Of a DNA stretch of 64,000 nt, positions 1 through 13,555 are shown piece by piece. The stretch comes from Octopus vulgaris (taxonomy: Eukaryota). The DNA is taken from the NCBI GenBank assembly GCA_951406725.2, contig OX597816.1, forward strand, positions 59,334,001-59,398,000. Direction: 5' to 3'. The first letter of the stretch is position 1, and each line of letters starts with the position of its first letter. A program made the position numbers and the translations under genes. The notes beneath the pieces were generated by a model. That model was not told the origin of the DNA. It did not search any database and worked only from the letters and a program-made list of their open reading frames with translations.

Positions 1-1174
1 AAGTTCTTCTGTTGTTGCTCTGATTCAAGAATAATTGTTTCTTTCTTTGTAGATGTTTCATATTTCTTCTCTTCCTCTTGAAGTTGCTCTTTAGGTACAA
101 ATTGTTGTAGATGTATAGAATCTTGTAATGTTTGCTGCTGGATTGATTTTTGTAAAATGAATTCTGGTAGAATCTGCTGCGAGTCTGAAATTTGTTGCCA
201 TTCAGCTGTACATCTATCTTGCTTGATTTCTTGTCTAGATTCTGGTGTAGAAGAAACCACATGAGTAGATTCTGATTCAACATATTGTGGTTGTTCCGTT
301 TCTGGGTTAATAGTCTGTTCATATTCATGATCATAATGGGAAACTTGTGTTTGTTCAAATTCTGCCACAGGTATTTGTTGCTGGTTTGAATCTGAATCAA
401 GACTTGGTACGTGTTCTGACTCTGGTGTAACTGGCTTTGCTTCAGATGTAACCAATTGAGAATTTGTCTCTTCCTGTTGAAATTCTGTCTCACAATCTTG
501 TTTGTTTTGTTGCATGAATGTTTGATGCAACGTATCTTGAATTTCTGACAAAGATCTATGAGAATTACCCATTTCAACATCATCCACATCTGAAACAGAA
601 TCCTGAAGTTTAACATCATGAATAGGCTGAATGTTTTGCTCCAGCTCATGTTGCAAACCAGCCTGTGACTCTGGAGAGAAACCTGCTTTGGTGTCTGACA
701 ACACAACTTGTTGTACACCTTCTTGTTGCCCTGGTAAAAGTAGAACATCCTGTGTTTCAAACTGTTCAGTTTGCTCAATTGTTGCTGGTTGAAATAATAC
801 CTGCTCATAGCTTTGTGCTGTTGATAAATCTTGTGAAGTACTTGTTTCCTGGTTCCATAACTGACTATTTTTTGATATTTCTGGTTGTTCTTTATCTTCA
901 AATGATTGGCATGGAAGTGGAGGAGATTGCTGAGATGTATTAGAAGGACGTGGAGAAGATACCAAACACTCTGAAGGATTAGTTTGAGTTGAACATAATT
1001 GTTGATCTTGCTCTTCACTTGTTTGCTGGAGTACTTTACTTTCAGAATTACTCTGCAACTGTGATTGTACGTTATCACCATCATTACTTATAGGAAGATT
1101 AGTAGTTGCAGAATCAGGTAATTCTTCAGGTTCTTGGTGTTTCTCCACCAGCTTTTCTTTTTCTATTAATTGGG
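1..1174 (-). CDS. Large internal coding exon of an unidentified Gln/Glu/Ser/Thr-rich, probably disordered protein; runs off the left edge
   Basis: I read the minus frame codon by codon: about 390 codons with no stop from 1172 to 3 (QLIEKEKLVEKHQEPEELPDSATTNLP...EQLQEEEKKYETSTKKETIILESEQQQKN). A splice acceptor (ttgttttgttctatttgtAG) lies at 1175-1176, phase 1. Absent from the ORF track because it has no stop within the window. Confidence 0.85.
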
Positions 1175-2956
1175 CTACAAATAGAACAAAACAATTTGCA
1201 ATCAAATATATTAGTACATTTATATGACAAAAAATGGGCTGAAATAAAATAAAATGCACATTCTCTGAGAGTAGTTGATAGCACTTGCTACCAAGGTGAT
1301 ATAATTTGCAGGTTATTTATACATATGAGGAAGGATTGAACATTTGCTTTTGCATGTATACATAAATGTTTACATGTAAGTGTGTGTGTGAGAGAGAGAG
1401 AGAGAAATCATTATTCATCATTTAACATCTTAATACCCATCTTCCATACTAGCATGGGTTAAATGGATCAACAGGATCCAACGAGCAAGAAGACTGCAGT
1501 GAGCTTCATAGTCTACTTTGGCATAGTTTCTGCCACACTGAATTCCATCTGATCCATGTGAGCATGGAAAAGAGAAAAAGATATGTTTGATATAACACAA
1601 TAGTTGTAAATGAGCATCAGTGTTATACAAGCATTGTTATTCATTTCCAATCTAATGTGGAAACATGTCCAGCCGTGGGGGAAAATAATATGCATGGAAG
1701 AAAGTGAAGGTTAGTGGCTGGAAGCCATAGAAAATCTGCTTCAGCAAATTTTGCCTGAACCATACAAGTATGAAAATGGGGATGTTAAAATAAAGATGAT
1801 TATATTTTTATATGTATATCTGAGTGAGTGAGTGTGAGAGTGTGTGTGTGTATGTGTACATTGATGTGTGTGAGTACATGATGATATACATGTATATGTG
1901 CATATATAAATGTTCATATGCATATATGTAAGTACATGTGTTTTTATTTATATTGTTCATCATCACTGTTCCTTTATTTTTACATCTGTTTTTCCATGAT
2001 ATACAGGATAAGCAAATACATTACTAAGGCTATTTTTTTCACAGCCAAGTGCTTTTCCAGTCACTAACCCATACCTATTTTACACATACAAGATCTCATA
2101 TTTCACATGTCTTCAAAGACAATGTCAGCAGACAATTTGCTGATGGGGAAAATGATAATTATGTAACTCATCAATTTTTAGAAGTGCAAAGTGTAAGCAA
2201 ACACACAGACATACATACATATATGACAGGCATCTTTCAGTTTCCCTCTACTAAATCTACTCACAAAACATTGGCTAGTTTGTAGCAATAGCAGAAGACG
2301 GTCATATTATTTTTATGTGTGTTTATATAAACAAGAAGGTGTATATGTAAAACATAAGTGTAATTGTCAAATAAGAGATGAGAGCACTCAACACCAGGTT
2401 GTTAGTGTAATGTAAAATAATTAACAAGAAATGCCAAGAATCACATCATAAAATTATATCATAACAACATAATACACTCATCAGGCATATTAAACAATCT
2501 GGATTTGTCTTTATTAAACAAAAACATAAATTACTAGAACAAAAGGTCTATTCTAGTTTAGAGACAGTCCTTGATATGACCTAGTCAATTTACAAACATC
2601 TGCAGTTACAACCATTTTACATTTCCCCACATACACATATTTTCTCTTGGCATTCATCACAGCTCAGAACTCAAATTTAGATATTCCAATGTCTGTGCTC
2701 AAGCAATATCTTCAAGTGTTGTTAGCTCACTTTCTCCAAAGAGCATTTATACTTCAGCATTCACATTGCTTATAAGCTATTTTATAAGATCCTCAAGTTT
2801 TATTATCCCAATTATATCTTGCAAAAGGAAGTGCTTCCATCTAGCAATACACCAGGCAAGAAACAGAAGTAACTTGATCTGAAGGTTAAAATTTAAATTA
2901 TCAACACAAATGATTTGCAGTTGTTTAAATTCAATGATCTCCATTATTATTAAAAA

Positions 2957-3175
2957 TGGTGGCGAGCTGGCAGAATTATTAGTGCACTGGACAAAATACT
3001 TAGCAGTATTTCACCTGTCACTATGTTCTGAGTTCAAATTCCACCGAGGTCAGCTTTGCCTTTCATCCTTTCGGGGTCGATAAATAAAGTACCAGTGAAA
3101 CACTCAGGTGAACATAATCGACTAGACCCCTTCCCCCGAATTTCAGGCCTTGTGTCTTTAGTAGAATGGATTATT
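2957..3175 (+). mobile_element. tRNA-derived SINE, degenerate (gagttcaaattcc...tttgcctttcatcctttcggggtcgataaa family)
   Basis: B-box-like GAGTTCAAATTCC. The same core recurs at about 27840-28020(-), 28045-28210(-), 32840-32945(+), 50490-50710(-) and 52455-52595(+). Confidence 0.7.
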
Positions 3176-4434
3176 AAAAAGCACTAAGAAAAGTTTTAAA
3201 CGCAGCAAAAGGTACAGCTATATGCAGTTAACAATAATAATAAAGGACAACAATCTATCATCAAAATAGAGAAATTGTTCATGATCTGGACCAAAAATTA
3301 AACATAAAAGTGTATACCTAAAACCCTACTAATAATTTAAGCTAAGACAAAAAGTATTTTTGTGACTTTGAAGAAATGAATGAGACAGAGATGCAAAGAA
3401 TATTTTCAAGACAACAACAGATAATTTAATCACTTCAAAATAATAAATCATCTCTCTTCATAATGTCCAAGTAATAGCGGAAGCATCAAGCACAGGATGA
3501 ATTATCAGAAGAAAAGTACTGTATTGGCTGGCACTTAAGACACACTACTATTTTACAAGTATATTTTATGGAAAAAAAAACAAATTTAATATGTTTCAAA
3601 ATACACTTATTGGAAGATATTTTGAGGCAATTTTGTAAGGAAAAATGTACAATTCTGCACATGTAAATAAATTGACAGGAAACTAGAATAAAGTATGAAA
3701 CCATGATAGTACCATATTTCAACTTTGTCTTCTTTCAGATCAACTATAGTTGTTAATGGTTTGGTCAAGAGAATTACCATACAGGATGTGAAAGTTGTAT
3801 TCCTGACAATGAATTTTTATGTAACCACTAATAGCCACCAGGGTGGTTGCACCACAGCTATGATTTTGTTGTCATCCACTAACTGAAAATAGCCAACAAG
3901 TAGATGAAAACTGAACATTCTTTTCATCTTTCTAGGAAAATTTTTCACTTAGATAAATTAAGAATGCTTCTTAAAGGTAATACAGTCACTGAATAATGTA
4001 AGCCACATCTCACATGAGGGTTATGTATGTTGAGGAAGATGGTACAATGAGATGATGTAACTGACGCACATGACTGCCAACATACAACATGCAATTTTTT
4101 ATAAGTTTATCATGAGTAACAATTATTGTGTCTGGCAGACTAATGCTCATCTAGCTCCCTAGCCTACGACACTTGGTCTTCTATCCATAATACAGATGCA
4201 TTAGATGCAAGGCAATTTTTTGATACATTTAAAATTTTTTAAAAGTGCCTTTATATGCCATAAAATACAGTAATTTAACAGAAAAAGATATTCAACATGG
4301 ACAAGACTGACTGACATAGACAAAGGTTATTTGAACAATCATACATACACAAAGAGATAAACACTGCATAGGTTTCAACATTTAAGTACCAGATAGCTGT
4401 TATTAGAGGGGAATGTAGCTAGATATAAATTTAA

Positions 4435-4635
4435 CCCTTTAGCATTCAGATTTTTTGGTCAAATGTAAAGCTTATTTATTCACATTATCTTGTAGCTTTG
4501 AGAGTTCAATAATGTGATATTGTTTCATTTTTAGAAGGCATTGTAGGGTAGGTGTGAGAGATTAGATCTAGCTGGTTTGAGCATAAAACAAAGAAAATAT
4601 TTGGGCTGAAAATGGCTGGTTTAAATGCTAAAAGG
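4435..4635. mobile_element. piggyBac-type MITE
   Basis: TTAA on both sides; ends ccctttagcatt / aatgctaaaagg are inverted repeats. Confidence 0.75.
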
Positions 4636-4928
4636 TTAAGCCTTTTCTAATCTACCACTCTTAAAATTGGTGCACATTCAACAAACAAGATCAAATAGAT
4701 AAAAGTTATGAAAAATTCAAACATTGTTTGAAGACTAGTTTCTCTTTCAGTGTATATTCCAGATACAAGAGTACTGCATTGAAAAAGAAATCCTGATTTT
4801 ATTTACCTTAGATAATGCAACTGGACATCGACCCTAGCTATATGACATCTAACCAGATGTAAGAATCATCTATTTGCTACCCTGTCTATCTGTCAACGGC
4901 TGAACTGAAGAGCTAAAACAACATTTAA

Positions 4929-5127
4929 CCTTTTTTAAACCAGCCTGCCTGAAACTGTCCCTGGTTCTATGATAAAGACTTTTCATTATCAAGTGATTTA
5001 AGTTGAAACTTTCCATCAAAATTACATGTTAATTTATGTTCCAAAACACCAGTTTAATAATGACAAAGTTACTTTGCAAAATTAATTGAAACAAAGGCAA
5101 TATAACAGAAATATGGTAAGAAAAGGA
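4929..5127. mobile_element. Degenerate piggyBac-type MITE
   Basis: TTAA flanks; cctttt...aaaagga termini; weaker TIR match than the 4435 element. Confidence 0.5.
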
Positions 5128-5983
5128 TTAAGGCCTTCAATCAACATTTTCCCAAGCTAAAGTATGATGAGGGTATACATTTTAGAATGTTCTAGAAAGG
5201 TTACAACATTCATCACTGAATCACAAATATTGCAGCACTACTGGAGAATATTAGATTTAAATTATGAAAAGAGTACAAAAGCAGTGATGCAGACATTGTG
5301 CTAATACATTTGCCAGTTTTGATGGAATCGAAGAGTTGAATGGAATTAAAGATGTCTGGCACAGGCACGGCTGTGCATTTAAGAAGTTTGCTTCTTAAAT
5401 TACATGGTTCAAATTCAGTTCTACTGTGCCATACATTGGGCAGAACAGTTATATGGCAAAAGATAAAATAGGAGGAAAATAGAAAGAAAATATACGGAAA
5501 GGAAAAATCTTCATTAATTCAATAGTTTTACATTTTAGTGACTTCCATAGTTATTTGTATCAGTTGGAGGGTAGAAGAGAAGAGAGTTTGCTAAATCCAT
5601 GGTCTTATAATTTGTTAGTTTCATAATTGCACATGTCCGTCAGTTCTGTCATCCAGTGCCCATGGCTAGTTGGCCACCAGTGTAAGCTGAGGGAGTTATA
5701 GGTATTGGGGATGTCTGGTGTAGTTATTTGGACATTTCATTTCATCTAGTTTCAGCTCACGAGCTGTGGCCATGCTGGGGCACCGCCATTTGTGACACTA
5801 ATTTATAACTTGTAAGTTAGTTCATTTAGTTTCAAAGGAAGCTGCAGTATAAGGCTAATGTTATTATTTAAAGTATGTATGATACAGTGTGTGCAATGGG
5901 CTAGGTAAAGGAATAATAGAAAGGGTTGAAGAGTGCATAGAAAAACAATAAGATTGATAGGGAAATTATAGCATGTAAAATGA

Positions 5984-7190
5984 GTCGGTAGACTAGCTAA
6001 CAAATGAAATTAAATTATCGGAAAATAGTGCCCTAGTGTAGTACGTAAAATAAGTAAAAGTTCAGTAATTAGTTTCAATGTGGAGTGAAGTTGAGTAGTA
6101 CTAAGTGGTATGTGGGAAGGTTAAGGGGAAGTAGAGAAAAATATTTTTTGTTTGCATAAAGGCCAATTCGTATTCTCAAAATATTGCTAAACCTATTGAT
6201 CCTTTAAATATTGCTAATCCCTATTTTACAGGCTATTAGCGAACCTGCTTAACCTCTTATTACCGCCCCCCTTAACCTTCTCACGTACTACTTAGTAATA
6301 CTCAACTTCACTCCACATTATCTAATCTATAAAATGAAGGCGAACATTGATACAAATTCGACTTTTATGTAAAAAGGGGCCTAAATGGGGCTGGAAGGGA
6401 ATAACTTGAAGTGAGAAATTGATTGGGAGACATTTTGGGGTGTTACAGTGGTTGCTTTGGTGTGAAAATGGGGATTTAATTGATTTTTGGGGATACTTGG
6501 GAGTCTAGATTGGACACCTTTTGCCCGATTTCAATCAAACATGGTAAAGTGGAAGTGGATTTGTAATTTAAGCGTGGAATGTGTTTGAAATTTTGAAAAT
6601 TAAGGCATAATTTTTTAAGTTGAAAAAAAATTTCTCATTTTTATGTATTTTTGCCTTTTATTTTTTCTGAAAAAAATTTACAGCTGCTTGTAGCCTGTGT
6701 TTAGAGCTTTCATTTGGATGGTAAATCATTGAAAAATTCCCAAAATAAGTACTATATTTAACAAAGAAATCCTTTTTTCCTTATTTTTAATCACTCAAAT
6801 AGTGGCACATACAAAAGGTAAGTGTACTTTCCATTGTCACTGCCTGATATTTATGATTGATCTTTCAAAATATTTTCTTTCTCAACTTACTCAAGATCTT
6901 TTGTTTTTATAAATGGAAGAGAGATAGATATAGAGAGTAAGAGAAAGTGAGGGAGAGTCCGAGAGAAAGGAAGAGTAAGAGAGTGGGAAAGTGAGAGAGA
7001 AAGGAGAGAGAAACAAAGAGGGTGAATGTGGCGATAAGAAACAGAAAAGGAAGCAATAGAAAGTAACAACCACACCCTCACCCATGCATAGAGCAGATCA
7101 CCTTAAGCTAGTAACTTTTACTTGTTTTGCAAACAACGCTAGGGCACTATTTTCCTATAATTTAATTTCACTTGATAGCTAGACTACCGA
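5984..7190. mobile_element. Non-autonomous DNA transposon with ~55 bp TIRs and an internal inverted repeat
   Basis: gtcggtagactagctaacaaatgaaattaaattatcggaaaatagtgccctag (5984-6036) is inverted at 7139-7190. An internal inverted pair lies at about 6077-6128 / 6266-6320. No clear TSD. Confidence 0.65.
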
Positions 7191-7199
7191 CACCATTCA

Positions 7200-7451
7200 A
7201 AACGTGATCGTTACCAGCGTCACCTTACTGGCACATGAAAAACATTCGAGCGAGGTCATTGCCAGTGCCACTGGACTGGCTCCAGTGCAGGAAGCATGTA
7301 AAAGCACCTACTACATTCTCGGGATGGTTGGCATTAGGAAGGGCATCCAGATCAGATTGGAACCTGGTACAGCCATCTGGTTCACCAGTCCTCAGTCAAA
7401 TCGTCCAACCCATGCTAGCATGGAAAGCAGACGTTAAACGATAATGATGAT
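7200..7451 (+). mobile_element. RTE-LINE 3'UTR / shared SINE-tail fragment ending in (TGA)n
   Basis: ttggcattaggaagggcatcc and ccaacccatgctagcatggaaagcagacgttaaacg match the 3' end of the RTE copies at 33285 and 54042. Similar fragments lie at about 8960-9100, 29370-29515, 44630-45070, 45880-46040 and 55643-55940. Confidence 0.75.
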
Positions 7452-9148
7452 ATTATATATATATATACATACTAGCAGAAGTACCCAGTGTTGCCCAGTA
7501 TAACTCTCAATGGAGCAGTCGTTCAAATGAACCAAAAGACTTCCGTTAAACACAACAATAGAAGTAACAATTTACAGGTGTTGGCCCTAAAGAAGGCCTT
7601 TGAACGTTCACTATGAAATATCTCTGTGGAGGTGCTGCCAGCAAAGATGAATCCGATGGTAACAATTTAATCTTACTAGCCCCGAAGAAAGCCTTGGATC
7701 ATTCACTCTTACAAAAGAGCTGGCCCTGAAGAGAGCAAGTCAATTACTGACATAGAAACGAAAAAAGCAGCTTTGGGAAGCCAGAAAAGCCAGTCAATTT
7801 TTTCGATAAATTCACAACATGAACGTCTCCACAACTCAACTACCGACTCACGGTCTTTTGCTGATCTCAACACACAAAACAATGCAACACCTACACAACA
7901 ACCGTTCTGCGACTAACATTTTATGTCTACTCGACAACCGAACTCTTTTCCTGTCTTCCCTCTGTTGGGTTTGTATCAGGTAGGCTCTCTCTTTCTTCCA
8001 GCATTCTCCACATTCAGCAACCTCTCATAGTAGCACTTCCATGCTCTTTTTCATCAGCATCAATAGGAGCAAGTGTGCCATAATTATTCCATATACACTC
8101 TCCCCAATATTTCAATTTTCTCTGAAACAATGTCTGGCAATGTGATATAAGGATCAAGCCTCAGATCCTTACATCACAAAACATATGCAAACTTTTGCTC
8201 ATCCTCTCCCCTTGCTATGTACCTCTGACCACCTTCAACCCAATCATCATACATCATCTCACACATGCAACCTTTACCTATCCAATTCCAACACATCGCT
8301 TCCCTGTCTCCCTTCATTCCCCTATCAACTGTACTATTATTCTGCTGCACTTCAAGCTTTCCATACTGCCAACTATCACCTCTTCTGCCTTACCTTACTT
8401 CCAAATTGTAGTTACCTGCAACCACCTTTCTACCCTTACTTATTTTCTACCCCCAACCCACCTCACTAATGATCTTTCACTCTCCCCAACACTCTGGCAA
8501 CCCATCCAACCACTTCTGTTCACCTTTTTTACCCTGAATGGAACACTGACACTTTATCACTACCATTTTATCTCTCTTTCTACACACAGATATGTATATG
8601 CATATAAATGACACCTTGGACAAGTACCTTTGACTAGAGCCACAGGACAACCAGAAGCCTTGAGTGGATTTGGTAGATGGAAACTGAAAGAAGGCTATCA
8701 TGTACATGCACACACATACCCATTTGTCTCTTTTTTCATATATGTACATCTTGCATCTTCCACTAATTACTTTATCTTTCTATCTCTCCCCTTCCCTAAC
8801 TAGATGTGTATAGCCATGTAGATCCCTCTACAAGAACCTGCTCTGTCCTCCACCTCACTGTTCAATCCCATCATCCCCTAGCATGAAGCTGATCTCCACC
8901 CACATCACCCAGGGTCCACAGTCCTGCAAGCTGTATGGTAACCTCAATAATGCAGGTGAAAAAAAAGCACCCAGTCCACATTGTAAAGTGGTTGGTGTTA
9001 GAGAAGCACCATGTTATAAAAACCATGCCAAAGCAGACAGAGCATGATGCAGTCCTTGGACACAATCAGATCCTGTCAAAACATCTTACCTATACCAGCA
9101 TAATCATATGATGATATACAAACATACACATGCATGCATATATATATA

Positions 9149-9534
9149 CTAGCAGTATCGCCCGGCGTTGCTCGGGTTTGTAAGGGAAATAACTATATAA
9201 GCATTTTTAGAGAGTTATAGCCAAAAAATAGGGAAAAAATGCATTGAAAATGGAAAAAAAATTAAGGTAAATTTCTTTTTAAATCGTTGACACATCGTAG
9301 ATATTTTTAGAGAGTTACTTCCCTTATATAATAGCGAAAAAAATGCATTAAAATGGAAAAATATGATGGTAAATTTTTTTAAATCGTAGACTCATGCTAA
9401 TACCCAGAAGGGCTCGATATGACTCACAACTATAAGATACCCGGTTTTGGTTACACTGCACCGCAAAATGTGGGAGTAGTTAGGAATCTAAATCGTAGGA
9501 GACAGACACACAACTTCACTCTTATATATAAAGA
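9149..9534 (-). mobile_element. Non-autonomous Helitron
   Basis: On the minus strand: 5'-TC start, and a subterminal hairpin (cccgagcaacgccgggc) just before the terminal CTAG; sits between A and T. Same family as 40298 and 59008. Confidence 0.8.
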
Positions 9535-9642
9535 TATAAGTCACGTAGTTATATACACATACTTTGTTATATACACATTCTAAAAAGAAAATGTTATTTT
9601 GAATACAACATTTATAAAGAATAAAATATTTTTGGGTTTTTC

Positions 9643-10265
9643 TTAACCCTTTCGTTACTATAATTCTGACCAAAATACACCCCTTATGTGTTTCAATTAA
9701 TTTCTAACGTAATCATAAATTTAGTCTGGTTTCATTAAACAACAATAACTTTTTTATTTATCAATATATTAACGTGAATTTTGGAAGATAATTTAATGAA
9801 ATGTCCTCAACCAATTCTATACTATAATTTTTGTCACAAAGTGACTCTAATTGCAGGTAGATACAGGTATATTCAACAATATATAAAATTATTAAAATTT
9901 TGTTCAAACATCGTTATAGAAAATGGGTTATTAGCTAATATTCAATTGGGTATACAACAAAATTTTACGATAGAATTTGTTATTCTGGGTAACTTTCTGA
10001 TACCCATAATAATATTTATGGCAAAATAGGCCTTAATTTCATTTAAGGTTGTGGGAAATAACAAACTATCCTTTCTTTCGTTTTGTTTACGTTTAGCGTA
10101 ACGTTTTGTTTCTGCCGTAATGATTTCAAATGGGCTCATTCGAAAAAGTAAATAGGAATAGTCTAAGGCTTTACACTTCTGGGAAAGTCTGTGGCTTGGT
10201 GCAGTTTCTTCAGAAAAATCACCGAAAGAAACAGTTTTTAAATTTTCACTCCATTCAGGTACCAA
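9643..10265 (-). pseudogene. piggyBac transposase fragment with a TTAA-CCC end
   Basis: ORF 9942-10265 contains ITAETKRYA...PTTLNEIKAYFAINIIMGIRKLPRITN, the N-terminal motif of piggyBac/PGBD (DDE_Tnp_1_7) transposases. ttaaccctttcgttac terminus at about 9643. Confidence 0.7.
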
Positions 10266-11651
10266 TTCGTTTTCTTTATCGCTGTCGGATTCACTGTTTT
10301 CACTTTAATAGCTGCAAACTTGCAAAGACAAAGGAAGAGAAGGGTGATAGCGTCAGTGAAACAATTCGCTCCCTTTGTGTGTGTGTGCGTTTGCGTGTGA
10401 TGTAAATCACATTAAGAAAAACATTTGACATACACACCAGAATGTGAGTTTTCTGTAAATTTTGCTTAATTGGAGTTTAAATTTTAAAAACTGGACCTGG
10501 CATGACCCGATGCATTCTACTCTTAAAAATGCTAGGTAAATTGTAATTGAAGAAATCCTATATTGTAGATTTCTATAAGTTACAAAGGGAGGCAGATAAA
10601 ATCTGCCTTTTATAATAAGAGATATATATATACACACACACACACATCATCATCAATTATATCCACTTTCCTAGATGACATGTGCTACACTGTTTAAAAG
10701 GATCTAACAGTTCAGCAGACATCTCACCTCAATGACATTGTTTTCCAGCTGGAAGCCATTCCTAACACCAACCACAGTTTTTTTTTTTTTTTTTTTTTTT
10801 GTAAAATAGGAAAATTAAAGAGCCCCATGACTGAGAGAAAACATAGGAAAGAGAGTATTAACTTTAGGCAAAAATGTTAAGATATAATGGAGAGAACAGG
10901 TTTATTGTTGTAAGGTGTTACTGGAGAGACTGAAAAAGACAGTATTGGAGGAGAGAGTAATAGAAGGGAAAGTGAGGGAAGTGTGAGGGGTTAGCGAGAA
11001 TCAGGGAGTAATAAGGACAGTAGGGTTGATTGAGTAGGAAGAGATTAAGTACTGTGTTTTATATAGGTGTGTAGTGGTATATAGAATGGCAATACAAAGA
11101 GAATAAAGATAGTGGTGATGGGAAGCTAGAGTGTATCCCCAATGTAACACGTCCAGGAAAATAAAGAGAAGAGAGAATGGTGACAGAAATACCAGGAAGA
11201 ATGGTTGCAAGGATGTTGGAAAAGAGTGATGAATAGAAATAGAGATTAAGATGGTCAGAGGTAAATATGGGTGAAGGTAGTCAATTGGAAAAATGAGTGA
11301 GGAAGTCAATGATAAGAATGAAGGAGGGATGACAGCAGGAAATGTTTTCAAGAAAGAGTTATAACTGGCTGTACAGAAAGGCTAATGATATGTACTAGTA
11401 GGTTCTATTTTCATTAATTACAAAAGCAGAAAAATGCAATACGTGAAAGACTAATGGAAGGAGAAATGGTGGGGGGGGGGCAGTAGATGTAGACTTGAGG
11501 ACATATTGAGCAAAGGACACACATTTTTGTTTTCAGCCTTCATCACTACCTTAAATTCAACAGTAGTTTTGCTGTTTGCATAGCTGGGCAAAATGACCTA
11601 TGGAATTGATATTTCATGAATATTCTTCTGTTTCTAAAATGAGTGTCATAT

Positions 11652-12037
11652 GGATGGAAGCACTCCGTCGGTTACGACGATGAGGGTTCCGGTTGATCCG
11701 ATCAACGGAACAGCCTGCTCATGAGATTAACGTGTAAGTGGCTGAGCACTCCACAGACACGTGTACTCTTAACGTAGTTCTCGGGGATATTCAGCGTGAC
11801 ACAGAGAGTGACAAGGCCGGCCCTTTGAAATACGGGTACAACAGAAACAGGAAGTAAGAGTGAGAGAAAGTTGTGGTGAAAAAGTACAGCAGGGATCACC
11901 ACCATCCCTGCTGGAGCCTCGTGGAGCTTTAGGTATTTTCGCTCAATAAACACTCACAACGCCCGGTCTGGGAATCGAAACCGCGATCCTATGACCGCAA
12001 GTCCACTGCCCTAACCACTGGGCTATTGCACCTCCAC
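11652..12037 (-). mobile_element. Full-length tRNA-derived SINE with 11-bp TSD
   Basis: Head ggaggtgcaatagcccagtggttagggcagtggac...ggtttcgattccc (A and B boxes). TSD gagtgtcatat at 11641-11651 and 12038-12048. CpG-rich, so probably young. Confidence 0.85.
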
Positions 12038-13154
12038 GAGTGTCATATAGACACTTAAAATATAGTTGGCTACATGAACTAATTCTCTTTAAAGAAATAC
12101 CAAAGATACTTCTTTAACAGACATTTTCAACTGATAATGCCATTTTTTAGTAATACTTGGGTCAAAAAGACAGGAAGAGAATGAGAGAATGGCATAATTA
12201 GATTGTTTTTAAACATACATTTTGAATTGTATCAGTTGGCTCCATGTACTTGTAAAGAAGTGTCTTTGAAACAGAGCAATTTTTAATTGATTATGCCATT
12301 ATTTATTAATATAATACTTCGAAAATGAGATAAATAAAAGATGATGTTAAAAAGCTTTGTTACCTAATCCAACTCTTCTTTCCCTTTCACTTCCTTTTTA
12401 AATCAAATTCACATTTTCGCTCTATCTACTCTCTTTCTCTCATGTTTAATTTACCTCAGACTCTTACTTTGCCCCTTACTTCATCTTTTTATTCTTCAGT
12501 TTACTCTATCCTTCACTTTCTCTCATCACACTTGATCCTTCACCCTTTCACTCCTACTCTGGCATTTTATAATATTCAAAAGTTACAAAGACAAAATAAA
12601 TGTACAAATATATATATGGCATATCTTCATATTGAATATATACTGCACACACACACACACATTATTTTCAAGAATTTATTTGAAGATATAAAAACCCTAG
12701 GATTATAAACTGTTTTCAAAATATAACCTGAAATCCAGATGGTTGTTGAAAAACTTAAATTTGTGAAGTACAAAATCTGATATTGGCACCCACAGTCTCT
12801 ATCTATATAGATTTTAATGGAATTCTGAACCTGAAATCTAAGCATCTCAAAGGTTGTTGACATTGGTTGAAATTGGTTAAGTAAAAATGAAAGTTGTGTA
12901 TAACAAGGTTTGTATCAAGACAACCAAATAAAAGTATACTGACTAACTTCTATATTTGTCAACACAATTGTTACTACTACTATAAGTATTAGGGTTAAGG
13001 GTGATAAAAATAGCAAAATGCGAGACAAAATACTGCGTGGTATTTAGTGGACTCTTATGTCCCAAGTACACATCCTACTGAATTGATCTACCCAAACCCT
13101 GTGTTTGATTTAATCAGCTGTATCCCAAAACACCAAAATCTTTAGCTTTATATC

Positions 13155-13370
13155 TATTTACTCTCTTTTACTCTTTTACTTGTTTCAGTCATTTGACTGC
13201 GGCCATGCTGGAGCACCGCCTTTAGTCAAGCAAATCGACCCCGGGACATATTCTTTGTAAGCCCAGTACTTATTCTATCGGTCTGTTTTGCCGAACCGCT
13301 AAGTGACGGGGACGTAAACACACCAACATCGGTTGTCAAGCAATGCTTGGGGGAAAACACAGACACACAA

Positions 13371-13401
<31 letters not shown>

Positions 13402-13555
13402 CGACAGGCTTCTTTCAGTTTCCGTCAACCAAATCCACTCACAAGGCATTGGTCGGCCCGGGGCTATTGTAGAAGACACTTGCCCAAGATGCCACGCAGT
13501 GGGACTGAACCCGGAATCATGTGGTTGGTTAGCAAGCTACTTACCACACAGCCAC
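13155..13555 (-). mobile_element. tRNA-derived SINE with internal (TG)n/(TA)n and ...tgactgaaacaagtaaaagag tail
   Basis: Head gtggctgtgtggtaagtagcttgct...ggttcagtccc. Near-identical copies at 16261, 47160, 51752 and 57820. Confidence 0.85.

Noticed and set aside
665-943. 92-aa hydrophobic ORF on + strand
   Set aside because: Antisense shadow of the Q/E-rich minus-strand exon; starts at a non-ATG codon.
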